Of a DNA stretch of 62,078 nucleotides, positions 1-10,546 are shown in pieces. Source of the stretch: an uncultured Alkaliphilus sp. (GTDB taxonomy: Bacteria; Bacillota; Clostridia; Peptostreptococcales; Natronincolaceae). The notes under the pieces were generated by a model, which saw only the letters and a program-made list of their open reading frames with translations, did not search any database and was not told the origin of the DNA. Position 1 is the first letter of the stretch. Every line of letters begins with the position of its first letter. The position numbers and the translations under genes are program-made. The stretch lies in assembly GCA_964626575.1 (NCBI GenBank), contig CAZVFS010000001.1:20736-82813 (forward strand), given 5' to 3'.

Positions 1-224
1 CAGAAAATCAGCGTTCTGTAATTATCAATTGATAAACAAAATGTATTTATTTTTAAAGGTAGCAATATCAATGCTATAATCACTGAAATGCCTATTTTCA
101 TTATCGCAGGCAGATTGTTTCGCCCAAATATTGGTGATATTACAAACAGCCCTGTTACTCTAACTAATATTAAAACAAACAATTGAAAATTGAGTAAAAT
201 AAAACTTACTAAGTCCTCCGTCAT
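1..224 (-). CDS. fliR: flagellar export apparatus protein FliR (N-terminal part only; gene runs off the left window edge)
   Basis: Hand translation from ATG at 224 gives MTEDLVSFILLNFQLFVLILVRVTGLFVISPIFG, the conserved FliR N-terminus. It lies directly downstream of fliQ in fliPQR order. Confidence 0.8.
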   Translation of the reverse strand, partial: MTEDLVSFILLNFQLFVLILVRVTGLFVISPIFGRNNLPAIMKIGISVIIALILLPLKINTFCLSIDNYRTLIF

Positions 225-237
225 GGTTTAATCACTC

Positions 238-507
238 TTACTGGATGAAATTATTTATATTCGTATATAGTTTTAATGTAAAACTGATAATTATAGATAA
301 CAACCATGGCCCAAAAATCACCATAGAACCTAAAATTACTATAATTTTAGGGATGAAGGCCAGGGTGGCCTCATGAATTTGAGTTGTAGCTTGAAAAATA
401 CTGACAGCCAACCCAACCAACAATCCCAATATTAACATTGGGGCTGCCAAAATTAAGATAGTAAACATCGCCTGTTGTCCTAACTCAATAACCATTCCTT
501 CATTCAT
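238..507 (-). CDS. fliQ: flagellar export apparatus protein FliQ
   Basis: 89-aa two-TM protein between fliP and fliR. Contains a FliQ-like core (LILAAPMLILGLLVGLAVSIFQATTQIHE). Confidence 0.9.
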   Translation of the reverse strand: MNEGMVIELGQQAMFTILILAAPMLILGLLVGLAVSIFQATTQIHEATLAFIPKIIVILGSMVIFGPWLLSIIISFTLKLYTNINNFIQ

Positions 508-517
508 TTTTTCACCT

Positions 518-1312
518 CTATTTAAAACTGAGCAATAATGATTTTACCAGAACATTCCAACCGTCCACCATAACAAATAAAAGGAGTTTAAACGGTAAAG
601 AAATCATTGCAGGAGGTAGCATCATCATTCCCATTGACATTAAAACACTGGCAACGACCATATCTAGCACAATAAAAGGTATAAATAACACAAATCCCAT
701 CTGAAAGGCGGTTTTTAACTCGCTTATTACAAAAGCAGGAATTAGCGAGGTTGTTGGAATATCGCGTAATTCTGCGGTATCCTCCAAGTCGGTGTCACTT
801 ATTTCCAAAAATAACGCCAGATCTTTTTCCCTCGTTTGCCTGAACATAAATTCTCTTAATGGTTCCATTGCATTTTCAATCGCTTCGGCTTGGCTTATTT
901 CTTCATTTAAATAAGGTTGTAATGCATTCTGATTTATTTCCGTAATAATAGGACTCATAATAAAAAAAGTTAAAAATAATGCTAATCCTATTAAAACCTG
1001 TGTTGGCGGTGTTTGCTGAGTAGCAATGGCATTCCTTAAAAAGGACAACACAATTATTATTCTTGTAAAACTCGTAACCATAATGAGAATAGCCGGTGCT
1101 AATGATAATACGGTTAATAGAGCTAGTAACTGTAATGAATTAACTGTTCGTTCCGGGTCGGTAGTGCCTTCAATATTCAGTTGCAGGTTAGGTATAACAT
1201 TGTCGGGTTGCGCGTGCGAACAGGTTATGCTTAAGAACAAAAAAAATGCTATTATACAAACAATTATTTTAGTATTTTTATACTTTATATTGTTCATCAT
1301 CATCACTACCAT
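518..1312 (-). CDS. fliP: flagellar export apparatus protein FliP
   Basis: Signal peptide plus TM protein with FliP-type segments (LLALLTVLSLAPAILIMVTSFTRIIIVLSFLRNA; FIPFIVLDMVVASVLMSMGMMMLPP). The start is ambiguous among ATGs at 1297-1312 and overlaps the fliO end. Confidence 0.9.
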   Translation of the reverse strand: MVVMMMNNIKYKNTKIIVCIIAFFLFLSITCSHAQPDNVIPNLQLNIEGTTDPERTVNSLQLLALLTVLSLAPAILIMVTSFTRIIIVLSFLRNAIATQQTPPTQVLIGLALFLTFFIMSPIITEINQNALQPYLNEEISQAEAIENAMEPLREFMFRQTREKDLALFLEISDTDLEDTAELRDIPTTSLIPAFVISELKTAFQMGFVLFIPFIVLDMVVASVLMSMGMMMLPPAMISLPFKLLLFVMVDGWNVLVKSLLLSFK

Positions 1313-1691
1313 TTCGGTTATATCTGTTGTTACTAATGGTCTTTTTTATTTTACCAAACAGTTTGTCTACCATAAAACAGTCGTTCACATTTCGGATGTT
1401 AAACTGAGCTCTGTTTTTGTCGTTCGGAAATTTCCAATCATCCTCTTCTATCACGTCTAAAAGTCTAATTGTTTTTCCCTGTATTGCAACAATATATATT
1501 TTTTGGTTTATTTTTAGAATTGTAACATTCATGCCCACCCCTATCATAGTTCTTTCTAAAACTTGTGTATACCTACCTTCTAACAATCTGTTCATTTTTC
1601 TACCTATTAAAACGGTAGTATAGTAAGCAAAAATAATAATAGTAACAGCGGCTGCCGACAATAAAAATACTGACAATATCGGTTTATACAT
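1278..1691 (-). CDS. fliO: FliO/FliZ-type flagellar biosynthesis protein
   Basis: 137 aa with a single N-terminal TM helix. Sits between cheY and fliP as in the Bacillus fla/che operon. Its ATG overlaps the cheY stop (TAATG). Confidence 0.7.
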   Translation of the reverse strand: MYKPILSVFLLSAAAVTIIIFAYYTTVLIGRKMNRLLEGRYTQVLERTMIGVGMNVTILKINQKIYIVAIQGKTIRLLDVIEEDDWKFPNDKNRAQFNIRNVNDCFMVDKLFGKIKKTISNNRYNRNGSDDDEQYKV

Positions 1692-2053
1692 TACCCAATC
1701 ACTTTTTTAACAGCTTCTATAATACGATCAGCTTGAAAAGGTTTAACTATAAAGTCCTTTGCCCCGGCTTGTATAGCCTCAATTACCATGGCCTGCTGAC
1801 CCATAGCAGAGCACATAATTATTTTAGCGTTTGAATTAAGTTTCCTTATCTCCTTAACAGCTTGAATACCGTCCATTTCCGGCATTGTAATATCCATAAT
1901 GGTCAGTTCCGGCTGCAGTTCTTTATACCTTTCAATCGCCTTAATCCCGTCCTCCGCTTCACCTGTTACGTTAAATCCATTTTTGGTCAGAACGTCCTTG
2001 ATCATCATTCTCATAAATGCCGCATCATCAACAATTAAAATTCCATTAGACAT
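1691..2053 (-). CDS. cheY: chemotaxis response regulator CheY
   Basis: 120-aa stand-alone receiver domain (ILIVDDAAFMR, MDITMPEMDG, phosphoacceptor Asp context, KPF). Confidence 0.9.
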   Translation of the reverse strand: MSNGILIVDDAAFMRMMIKDVLTKNGFNVTGEAEDGIKAIERYKELQPELTIMDITMPEMDGIQAVKEIRKLNSNAKIIMCSAMGQQAMVIEAIQAGAKDFIVKPFQADRIIEAVKKVIG

Positions 2054-2150
2054 TGTTTTGCCCCCCTAAGTTTTAACTATAAATTATATTTGTATTACCA
2101 ACAAAACATATACGAAACCAATTTATATGGTATTATTAAATAATTCAATT

Positions 2151-3332
2151 TTATGTTTTAGGCAAGCGGCCCACCGAACTGACAATATCTGTAATACGTA
2201 TACCATAATTTTCGTCTATCACAACAACCTCACCTTTAGCCACATGTTGACCATTAACTAAAATATCCAAGGGTTCGCCAACTAATTTATCCAGCTCAAC
2301 AATTGTCCCGGGGCCAAACTCCAATATTTCGCTTATTTTTTTTACAGCTCTGCCTAACTCTACAGTTATTTTTAGCGGTACATCCTGTATAAGTTCGATA
2401 TTTTCAGGCATTTCGCCTTTCATAGAAGGCTCATCAAAGGATTGAAATTGTACCGGCCTTATGTTTACCTTTTCAGTTGAACCGGCTTGAATAATCTCCC
2501 TTTCAATATTCCTGTTATTAATTTCAGTAGAATATATATCCTCTGCACCGGCTACACCGCCGGAATCCATGGATTGAGGTTGTTGCACAGCGGCGTCAAC
2601 ATTGTTAATTCCTATGGAGTCGGTATTGGAATCGACACCAACGTCTATGCCTGATATGCTATGCAATAGTCCTTTGACAATTGCCTTGGCGAATTCTATG
2701 GGCATAATTTGCATTATTTTGCTGTCTATCAGGTCCCCTATTACCATTTTAAAAGCAATTTTTACAAAAACATCTCCGTAATCAGTATAATCCTTAAAAT
2801 GTTGTGCTAAATCACCTGTCGTTAAATCCAATATAAAAGCATTAGGAGGGTTGATGTCTATTTTTTTGTTTAACATTTCAGATAATGATGTTGAGGATGA
2901 GCCAACCATCTGGTTCATTGCCTCACTGATAGCGCTCAAATGTAAATCTGTCAGCTCATAAGATTCTGTTTTGCCATCACCGCCCATCATTAAGTCTGTA
3001 ATAATACCCGCGTCCTCCACTTTTAGGATCAACAAATTGATACCTTCCAGCCCTTCCCTATATTTCACGTCAATAGCCACAAAGGGGATGGGATATTGTT
3101 TGGTTAACTCTAGAAGGGTCAATATTTCCACTTCAGGTGTTGTTATCGTTACTTTTTGCCCCAGGAGCATAGATAGCGTAGTTGCCGCAGTTCCCATATT
3201 GATATTGCCTACCTCACCTATCGTATCCTTTTCCTCATCTGTAAAATCAATCGAATTACTACTACTATTCACAGGTTCAACGGTTCCTCCCAACAGGGCG
3301 TCTATTTCCTCTTGGGATAACATATTATTCAT
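2151..3332 (-). CDS. fliY: flagellar motor switch phosphatase FliY (CheC-like N-terminal region plus FliN C-terminal domain)
   Basis: N-terminus MNNMLSQEEIDALLGG and C-terminal SpoA/FliN domain (LKITVELGRAVKKISEILEFGPGTIVELDKLVGEPLDILVNG). I chose the start at 3332, which overlaps the fliM stop by 8 nt, rather than the longest ORF start at 3377. Confidence 0.85.
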   Translation of the reverse strand: MNNMLSQEEIDALLGGTVEPVNSSSNSIDFTDEEKDTIGEVGNINMGTAATTLSMLLGQKVTITTPEVEILTLLELTKQYPIPFVAIDVKYREGLEGINLLILKVEDAGIITDLMMGGDGKTESYELTDLHLSAISEAMNQMVGSSSTSLSEMLNKKIDINPPNAFILDLTTGDLAQHFKDYTDYGDVFVKIAFKMVIGDLIDSKIMQIMPIEFAKAIVKGLLHSISGIDVGVDSNTDSIGINNVDAAVQQPQSMDSGGVAGAEDIYSTEINNRNIEREIIQAGSTEKVNIRPVQFQSFDEPSMKGEMPENIELIQDVPLKITVELGRAVKKISEILEFGPGTIVELDKLVGEPLDILVNGQHVAKGEVVVIDENYGIRITDIVSSVGRLPKT

Positions 3333-4320
3333 ATAGTTCGTCCCCCCTCTCTTCTGCTCTGGTAATTTTAACCGCAACCTTATTTTTTATAGCGCCCGGT
3401 ATGCCGTAATATTTATGTCTGCTGCCTACCTTGACCTCCAGTTCTTTATTAATACCGTTATCTAATGCAATCACATCACCCAACTGTAATCCGAGAAATT
3501 CCTTTACGGTTATATAAGTACAACCTAACTCAACATTTATGCTAACCGGACTATTTGTTATTCTTTTTTCTATAATATGTTTATCCATTTTAGTTGCTTG
3601 TTTACTTATGTTAGCAAACCAAAATTTTGTGCTCAATTTCGGTAATATGGGTTCTATTATAATATGCGGAATACATATATTTAAAAAACCTTCCGTTTCT
3701 CCAACCTTTAAATTCAGAGTAATCAATGCAGTAGTTTCGTTCGGTGAAATTATTTGGGCAAACTGGGAGTTTGTTTCTATCTTATCTAACCTAGGTTCCA
3801 ATTCGATAACATTCTCCCATGGGCCTACCATCAAAGCAATAAGTTGTCTTAGAATATTCTGAATTAACATTTTTTCTATCTCTGTAAAAGGTCTGCTTTC
3901 CTGATTTTTTTCCCCTTGGCCCCCCAATATTCTATCGATTAATGCAAACGCTATAACGGACGATACATCTATAATTATCTGTCCCTCCAACGGATAAAAA
4001 TCAATAATTGCAAGGAGTGCAGGATTTACAATAGAGTTGCTAAATTCATAATAAGACAACTCTTCTACACTTAAAACCTCAGTTTGAACATATGTACGTA
4101 GATAACCGGACAAAAATGTATTTAGTGTTCTAGAAAAATTTTCATGTATTATTTGTAATGTTTTCAATTGATCCTTTGCTAATTTTTTGGGGCTTTTAAA
4201 ATCATATTTTTTAGCTCCATCCGTATCTTGACCTTCCCCAATATCCATTACATCAACTTCACCGGTATTTAATGCGTTGAGTAATTCATCTATTTCACCT
4301 TGCGACAAAATATCAGACAA
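3325..4320 (-). CDS. fliM: flagellar motor switch protein FliM
   Basis: 331 aa with the N-terminal CheY-P binding motif (LSQGEIDELLNAL) and a C-terminal SpoA-like domain. Confidence 0.9.
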   Translation of the reverse strand: MSDILSQGEIDELLNALNTGEVDVMDIGEGQDTDGAKKYDFKSPKKLAKDQLKTLQIIHENFSRTLNTFLSGYLRTYVQTEVLSVEELSYYEFSNSIVNPALLAIIDFYPLEGQIIIDVSSVIAFALIDRILGGQGEKNQESRPFTEIEKMLIQNILRQLIALMVGPWENVIELEPRLDKIETNSQFAQIISPNETTALITLNLKVGETEGFLNICIPHIIIEPILPKLSTKFWFANISKQATKMDKHIIEKRITNSPVSINVELGCTYITVKEFLGLQLGDVIALDNGINKELEVKVGSRHKYYGIPGAIKNKVAVKITRAEERGDELYE

Positions 4321-4332
4321 CTATTTCACCCC

Positions 4333-4749
4333 CTATTGGACAATATAATCGACAAAGTATACATTAGTAATTTTGTCTGAACCAACAATATCCGCTATTA
4401 CCTTTAAAATTTCGTCTTTTAATTTCGATTGTCCTTCAGGTTCAAGTATTTCATCAGCTTTTTTCCCAATCAGGGTTGCTATGATACAATCCCGAACTTC
4501 GGTATCCTTTTCCCTTAATTTTTTGGAAAGACTTTTATCCAGCGTCTCTAATCTTATAGTACCTTTAAAATAATTTCTTGTACTTCCCAAATTGGTAGAA
4601 AATTCACCAATGTCATACTCATACGTTTTATAGCTTACGGTAATCCCACCTTCCTGCTTGTTACTAAAAAAGAAAAACAAAGCCCCAAAAATTATACCCG
4701 ACATCATAAAACCGACTAATATGTACAATATTACTTTTTTCAAATTCAT
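4333..4749 (-). CDS. fliL: flagellar basal body-associated protein FliL
   Basis: 138 aa with an N-terminal TM helix. FliL-like C-terminal part (RDCIIATLIGKKADEI...LKDEILKVI). Positioned between motB and fliM. Confidence 0.8.
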   Translation of the reverse strand: MNLKKVILYILVGFMMSGIIFGALFFFFSNKQEGGITVSYKTYEYDIGEFSTNLGSTRNYFKGTIRLETLDKSLSKKLREKDTEVRDCIIATLIGKKADEILEPEGQSKLKDEILKVIADIVGSDKITNVYFVDYIVQ

Positions 4750-4770
4750 AGCCTGTCCCCCATTCTAATA

Positions 4771-5526
4771 TTAACCGGATCCTAGGTTATTGTATGTAGA
4801 TCTCAATATTACAATATCGACCCTTCTATTTTTTGACTTATTTTCTGCCGTATCATTAGGAGCAACAGGATGATATTCACCATAGCCTGCTATAGAAAAA
4901 CGTTCTGGTGCCAAACCCAAATCCTCAATTAAATATCTTGTTACATTAGAGGCCCTACCTGCAGATAATTCCCAGTTAGTAGGGTATAATAAATTCGGTG
5001 TAACCTTAACGGTATCTGTATGCCCTTCTATGCGTATGGATTTTTTAATAAATTCCGGGCTTTGTAAGAATACGGAAATATCACCCAAAATTTCTTTCGA
5101 TTCCGGTTTTAACATAGTTTTCCCCGAGTCAAACAATACACTATCTCTAAAACGTAAGACAAGACCTACATTTTCTTGAGTGACAAACACACTAGATTCA
5201 AGATTATAACTTTCCAGATAATTCTCCAAAATTTCCTGAAGCTTAATGAAGTCTTCGGTTTCTTGCATTTGGCCCATAGACAGGTCATCGTCCGTTGTAT
5301 CAATGACAGAACCATTAAATTCAATCAGGGTTCCCGAATCTAAAATTCCCAGCCCACCTTGAAATGATTGAATCATTGCTTGAAATTTTTGTATATCTAT
5401 AGTTGAAAAAGAAAATAGCAATACAAAAAAACAAAGTAACAAAGTAGTCATATCGGCAAAGGTAGTTGTCCAAGCCGGAGCACCGGGTGGGGATTCTTCT
5501 TGATTTTGCTGTTTTCTTCTTGACAT
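4771..5526 (-). CDS. motB: flagellar stator protein MotB (OmpA-like C-terminal domain)
   Basis: N-terminal plug/TM segment (WTTTFADMTTLLLCFFVLLF with conserved Asp) and OmpA-like peptidoglycan-binding end (NWELSAGRASNVTRYL...NRRVDIVI). Confidence 0.85.
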   Translation of the reverse strand: MSRRKQQNQEESPPGAPAWTTTFADMTTLLLCFFVLLFSFSTIDIQKFQAMIQSFQGGLGILDSGTLIEFNGSVIDTTDDDLSMGQMQETEDFIKLQEILENYLESYNLESSVFVTQENVGLVLRFRDSVLFDSGKTMLKPESKEILGDISVFLQSPEFIKKSIRIEGHTDTVKVTPNLLYPTNWELSAGRASNVTRYLIEDLGLAPERFSIAGYGEYHPVAPNDTAENKSKNRRVDIVILRSTYNNLGSG

Positions 5527-6314
5527 TATACTTCAACACCCTCCTGTTGTTTATATTGCAAACCTGCGCGTGCATTTGGAGGTAAAAAGGCCTTAAGTTT
5601 TTCCTCAATAATCCTTGGATTTTCACCGGCTTGTATTGATAATAACCCTTCAACCATAATTTCTTTTCTTAATATTTCTTCCTTGCTCTTTAATTTGAGT
5701 TTGTTAGCAATGGGTATAAATACCAGATTAGCTAATACGGAGCCATAAAAGGTGGTGATTAAAGCAACCGCCATACTGGGCCCTATGGAGCTGGGGTCAT
5801 CTAATTTTTTGAGCATATTTATGAGCCCGATCAGGGTACCTATCATACCAAATGCCGGTGCATACGATCCCATGGCCTCAAATATTCCTTGTCCCTTTCC
5901 ATGCCTTTCTTCTATAAAGGACAATTCTGTCTCCAGTAAATTTCTTACCAGCTCCGGGTCCGTCCCGTCTACAATTAACATGACACCTTTTTTTAAAAAT
6001 TCTTCACCGATATCTTCCGACATCTCTTCTAAAGCCAATAAGCCTTCCTTCCTTGCAACATTAGCAAGGGTATTGATTTGGACAATTATTTCGTAAGGAT
6101 TCCCTTCATGGGTTTTGAAAGCCTTTCCCGCTATTTTAACTGCCTCCAACACACTTTTTAACGGATATGCTACTAAAGTAGAGGCCACGGTTCCACCGAG
6201 TACAATTAAGATAGAAGCCAAATCCCAAAAATCTATTATGGATCCATCCGTTAAAATTCCTCCAACAACAAACACTATCCCAACAATTATACCAAGTATC
6301 GTTGCTATATCCAC
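5526..6314 (-). CDS. motA: flagellar stator protein MotA
   Basis: 262 aa, 4-TM MotA/TolQ/ExbB family (YAPAFGMIGTLIGLINML...ALITTFYGSVLANL). Its stop overlaps the motB start. Confidence 0.9.
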   Translation of the reverse strand: MDIATILGIIVGIVFVVGGILTDGSIIDFWDLASILIVLGGTVASTLVAYPLKSVLEAVKIAGKAFKTHEGNPYEIIVQINTLANVARKEGLLALEEMSEDIGEEFLKKGVMLIVDGTDPELVRNLLETELSFIEERHGKGQGIFEAMGSYAPAFGMIGTLIGLINMLKKLDDPSSIGPSMAVALITTFYGSVLANLVFIPIANKLKLKSKEEILRKEIMVEGLLSIQAGENPRIIEEKLKAFLPPNARAGLQYKQQEGVEV

Positions 6315-6394
6315 CCCTACACCTCACTTCTTAACGTATATGGTAAATTTTTATATGTAATAAATAAAACTAAAAAATGGTTCAATTTTTGTTA

Positions 6395-6604
6395 TCAATA
6401 ACGCTTTACCACATCTATATCATGAATATATATTTTTCTTTTATATTCAATTATTTGCTCAATTATTTGTTCCGCGCTTTCAACTACTATCATCTTGTGC
6501 CCGTTGGTAAGTGTAATAACCGTATCCGGGGTCTGCTCGATTATTTCTATTAAATCTATATTCAGAAAAAATTCGCTCTTATTCATTCTCGTAAGTTTGA
6601 TCAT
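6395..6604 (-). CDS. flbD: flagellar protein FlbD
   Basis: 69 aa, MIKLTRMNKSEFFLNIDLIEIIEQTPDTVITLTNGHKMIVVES is typical FlbD. Lies in flgE-flbD-motAB order as in Clostridia and spirochetes. Confidence 0.8.
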   Translation of the reverse strand: MIKLTRMNKSEFFLNIDLIEIIEQTPDTVITLTNGHKMIVVESAEQIIEQIIEYKRKIYIHDIDVVKRY

Positions 6605-6781
6605 TCAATCATCCTTTCCCCTACAAAAATTCACCGTAGGGTGTCATCCTGACCCGACACTCAGCCAGTAATTCAAATGAATTTATTATATTGGTTTAAA
6701 CAACGGTAATTATGAAAAAACCTTATTTAAAAACCTGAGCGTCGGGGAAGGATCCTGTTGATATTTTGATGTATCTCAAAT

Positions 6782-8095
6782 TTATCTCTTCATATTAACT
6801 AGCTCCTGTAACATTTCATCACTGACTGTTATAACTCTTGAGTTGGCCTGAAAACCTCTTTGTGTAGTAATCATGTCGGTAAATTCTCTAGCCAGGTCTA
6901 CATTTGACATCTCTAGCGAGCCGGGCTGTAGGTTTGCAAAACCGCCTGTTGCCGGGTATCCAAACATAGCCTCACCTGAGTTAGCAGTTTCTCTATACAT
7001 GTTAGATCCTGTTCTGAGCAAACCTGCGGGATTCTTAAAATTAGCCAGCCTGATTTGACCCAATATTTTCATCTGCCCGTTGCTGAATACCCCCTCTATT
7101 TCTCCTGTGGTTGAAATAGTAAAATCCTCCAACTTTCCGCTTGGGTAGCCGTTTATGTCAAGGGCTGCCGCGTCTGATGAGGCGGAGTAGCTTTTGAGTT
7201 TAGAAAAATCCAACCCTATATCCAATGGACTTGCACCGTTCAAAAAATCCCCATCTATTCCTAAAGAAACATTTGAAAAGGGTGTTGGAGGTGTATCCGT
7301 TAAGTTACCATTATCCCCATTGTTAATTTTAGTTAATTTACCAGTTGTATCGAATGTTAATTTAGCGTTAAAGGTGCTTACTGGATCCGGGTCTTTACCA
7401 TTTACTTTTACTACAGTAACATTAAAAACCCTTTCTATGTCTGGTTCTGTCCCTTCATCCTCATCTCTTTGAAACTGTATTTCAATATTGTGTGCATTAC
7501 CTAAACTGTCATAAATCTTCATAATTGTGTTAAAATTGTCACCTTCCTCAATATTACTGTCAATATTCCCCTCAAATATAGCCTTGTCTGTAGCCTTTGG
7601 GGGATTTGTTTCTGATTTTGAAATTTTTAATCCTGTGAGGTCTTCTATAACATTACCTTCCTCGTCACAACGATAGCCCAATACATAAAATCCATCCGAT
7701 GTCACTAAGTTTCCATCCTCGTCTATACAAAAATTGCCTGCTCTTGTGTAGCTTCTATTAGATCCTGATTCCGTATCGGATACTATGAAAAACCCATCTC
7801 CGTTTATCATCAGGTCTGTGTTATAGCCTGTGCTCTCTACGGAGCCCCTTATATGGAAGGTATCCATAGAACCTACACCGGCACCCAAACCTACCTGTTG
7901 GGGGTTTGTCCCGCCACGTCCGTTTTCTTGCGGTCTGCCTGCTCCTCTTAATGTCTGACTGAATACTTCCTGAAAGGCAACTCTTGAACCTTTAAATCCA
8001 ACAGTGTTGACATTCGCAACATTGTTACCGATTACATCCATTTTTAACTGATGAGCCTTTAGGCTCGATACCGCCGAATACATTGAACGCATCAT
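6782..8095 (-). CDS. flgE: flagellar hook protein FlgE
   Basis: N-terminal rod/hook motif (MRSMYSAVSSLKAHQLKMDVIGNNVANVNTVGFK) and C-terminal motif (SNVDLAREFTDMITTQRGFQANSRVI). Start at 8095 chosen because GGAGG lies 10 nt upstream; the longest ORF starts at 8128. Confidence 0.9.
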   Translation of the reverse strand: MMRSMYSAVSSLKAHQLKMDVIGNNVANVNTVGFKGSRVAFQEVFSQTLRGAGRPQENGRGGTNPQQVGLGAGVGSMDTFHIRGSVESTGYNTDLMINGDGFFIVSDTESGSNRSYTRAGNFCIDEDGNLVTSDGFYVLGYRCDEEGNVIEDLTGLKISKSETNPPKATDKAIFEGNIDSNIEEGDNFNTIMKIYDSLGNAHNIEIQFQRDEDEGTEPDIERVFNVTVVKVNGKDPDPVSTFNAKLTFDTTGKLTKINNGDNGNLTDTPPTPFSNVSLGIDGDFLNGASPLDIGLDFSKLKSYSASSDAAALDINGYPSGKLEDFTISTTGEIEGVFSNGQMKILGQIRLANFKNPAGLLRTGSNMYRETANSGEAMFGYPATGGFANLQPGSLEMSNVDLAREFTDMITTQRGFQANSRVITVSDEMLQELVNMKR

Positions 8096-8174
8096 AATTA
8101 AATAACCTCCTATTGATTGGTGCTTCATTTCCTCTATCGTTCGGAAATGTAAGACTTCCCACTAGGGGTCCGGT

Positions 8175-8552
8175 CTATGTAAATATAGCACCATCTATAT
8201 TTGTAAATACGTTTTCCTTTAATTGATTATCTGCCGCGGCCGTAATAACGGTTCTATTCGGTACACTGGCAATAAAAGCCTTATTGTTCATGATTATCAG
8301 AGTTTCCCTGATACCTTTTTCAGCCGCCTTACTGATGGCATTATCAATTTTGTCCACTTCTTTTGTAGTCAATTGTATTTTTCTTTGTTCCAGTCTCTCT
8401 AGAGCGTGTTTTGAAAATTTGATGTTCTGATTTTTTTGTACCTCTTTTTGCAGTACCGTTCCAAAGTCAGCTTTTTTGTTGTTTACATTGTTCAGGTTTT
8501 TATTTCTGTTTTGACCTTGGTTTTGGTCGATACGAATTTGGTTAATAATCAT
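8175..8552 (-). CDS. small flagellar-operon protein (flg_new type)
   Basis: 125 aa between flgD and flgE. The central FSKHALERLEQRKI motif is as I recall it for the Firmicute flagellar operon protein family. Assignment rests on memory and position only. Confidence 0.55.
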   Translation of the reverse strand: MIINQIRIDQNQGQNRNKNLNNVNNKKADFGTVLQKEVQKNQNIKFSKHALERLEQRKIQLTTKEVDKIDNAISKAAEKGIRETLIIMNNKAFIASVPNRTVITAAADNQLKENVFTNIDGAIFT

Positions 8553-8585
8553 AGTTTCCCTCCTTTAGGAGCGGTGTTTTTATAC

Positions 8586-9041
8586 CTATGCTTTTTTACT
8601 TGTTTCGGTACTCCCGCCTGCTTCATGGGCAAACTGTATCTCAGGTTCATAATCTGTATCGTCTTGTGCATCCCCCGGTTTTTCTGCCCCTGTACCAAGC
8701 TTTTTTAGTTCCTCGTTTATTTTTATCAGCTGATCAACTATGTTGGATTGACTTTTTACTAAATTGTTGTTCATTTTTAGAATATGTTCCATTATGGTGG
8801 TTTGGGTAGACTCAAGAGTTTTGTTTAGATTCTGCATCTGTTCCAAAGAGCTGAACTGGGCCATCTGTGCAATAAACTCTCTATCTTCCATGGGATTTAA
8901 CGGGTCTTGATTTTGTAATTGGGTAACCAGCAGCCTTAAAAAAGCATCTTTATCCAGATCACCGGACTGTATTTTTTTATTTTGGGTCTCTTCATCATAA
9001 TAGCGGTATTTATGCTCTTGTATTTCCGAAATATTCGGCAT
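8586..9041 (-). CDS. flgD: flagellar hook capping/assembly protein FlgD
   Basis: Conserved FlgD N-domain ([39 protein letters not shown]). Confidence 0.85.
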   Translation of the reverse strand: MPNISEIQEHKYRYYDEETQNKKIQSGDLDKDAFLRLLVTQLQNQDPLNPMEDREFIAQMAQFSSLEQMQNLNKTLESTQTTIMEHILKMNNNLVKSQSNIVDQLIKINEELKKLGTGAEKPGDAQDDTDYEPEIQFAHEAGGSTETSKKA

Positions 9042-9052
9042 TATATCCCTCC

Positions 9053-10468
9053 TTAAACTAAACTGTCAATTTGGCTTGCTATTAAATATGGATTTGTTTG
9101 CTCTATATTTTCCTCCAGGGTTATAAAATTGCTGTCGGTTTCAATATGATCTGTTTTAAATTTTTGCCTGTTTGTGAATGCCGACTGATATAGACTGTTT
9201 TCAAAATTTTGAGTGTTATCGTTTATATGCACCTCAAGGCTTGAAATATTGAGCCCTTGTTCTTCCAAAGAATCCCTCAGTTGATCCAGGTTAGCTTCTA
9301 TTGCCTCTTTTACCGAGTAATTTTCCGCATATATTTTGCCCGTCAAAGTACCTTCGTTTAAACCTATTTTGATGGACAATTTACCTAGGTGTTCAGGTAT
9401 CAGCCGTATGCTCATTTCATTTTTGCCCTTTAAGATAAATGTACCAACTTTCTGAGCAATTTCATTGATAAACTGTTTTGATTCTATAACCTGGTCTTTT
9501 ATAACCTTTAAATCTATATTTTGGCTGTCACCCGCCTGTTGAAATACCACAATCTGTTCCTTAAACAATACTTCACTGTCTTCCTTAGACTGTTTGAAGG
9601 GTTCTTCTTTATTGTTCGAAACAAACTTGTTGGCAGATTTTATGTTGTTGCTAATCCCCTTCTCTGTGCCATCAATGTTTATCAACATTTTCTCATTTTC
9701 CATTGATCGCTCTTCTTCGGGATTTAAAAAATCATCTTTGACATATGGATTTTGTGGGTTAGTTGGTTTAATAATATTAGACTCATTCAAGACAGATTGT
9801 ATACTATCCCTTATTCCCTCCAAATTATCTGCTATTTCATCAGGTTTGAACATAGCCAATTGTTCGTTGTTATGTAATAGCAGTTCATCGCTTATCTTAT
9901 TTATGGTGTCAATAATTGTTTCAATATTTTGTTTAAGGGAATCATCTGACAGAATGTTCGCAGTTTCCGACAAAGGAAGTAATTGTTCTTTTAAACTGTC
10001 CAGTTCCCGCAATTGATCTGTGTTTATTTCCATATCTACACTGTCGGCATTTTCCAAGCCCAATAAGTTCTCCAACATCAATAGCACGGACTGGAGTGCT
10101 ACCATATTTTTATCTATTACTTCTTCCTCAGCGTTTTCTATCGTATCATCGCCGTCCATGTCCCTATGCTCCTTTGGTTGTACAGTTTTGTTTGGGGAAG
10201 TTTTATTATCCTTAACAGTAGGCTCAGCCCTGTTATAGGGTTTATTTGTGTCGTTCAGAGTATTTGTTTTATCTGTAAAATTTTCAATTCTGTTTTGATT
10301 TTCATACTCTATACTTTTAATGCCTCGTCTGTCGGATAGTAGGTTTTCCCTTTCTTTATTCAAGATATCGGAAAATATATGTCTATTAATTTCGATAAAA
10401 GATTTATTATTGGTTGTAAGACCATTTCTTAAATCAAGGACATCTATGGTTCCTGCTATGTTTAGCAT
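9053..10468 (-). CDS. fliK: flagellar hook-length control protein FliK
   Basis: Low-complexity N-terminal and middle regions plus a C-terminal Flg_hook domain ([53 protein letters not shown]). Start at 10468 has GGGGGTGA 7 nt upstream. Confidence 0.75.
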   Translation of the reverse strand: MLNIAGTIDVLDLRNGLTTNNKSFIEINRHIFSDILNKERENLLSDRRGIKSIEYENQNRIENFTDKTNTLNDTNKPYNRAEPTVKDNKTSPNKTVQPKEHRDMDGDDTIENAEEEVIDKNMVALQSVLLMLENLLGLENADSVDMEINTDQLRELDSLKEQLLPLSETANILSDDSLKQNIETIIDTINKISDELLLHNNEQLAMFKPDEIADNLEGIRDSIQSVLNESNIIKPTNPQNPYVKDDFLNPEEERSMENEKMLINIDGTEKGISNNIKSANKFVSNNKEEPFKQSKEDSEVLFKEQIVVFQQAGDSQNIDLKVIKDQVIESKQFINEIAQKVGTFILKGKNEMSIRLIPEHLGKLSIKIGLNEGTLTGKIYAENYSVKEAIEANLDQLRDSLEEQGLNISSLEVHINDNTQNFENSLYQSAFTNRQKFKTDHIETDSNFITLEENIEQTNPYLIASQIDSLV

Positions 10469-10546
10469 CTTTGTTTCACCCCCTTTCATCATATTATAAA
10501 ATTTATATAATAGCTGTTGCTATACAGCTGTTATAAACCCGGCTCT

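Noticed and set aside
5321-5653. 110-aa minus-strand ORF spanning the motA/motB junction
   Set aside because: It is out of frame with, and fully overlapped by, motA and motB, which have clear family motifs.
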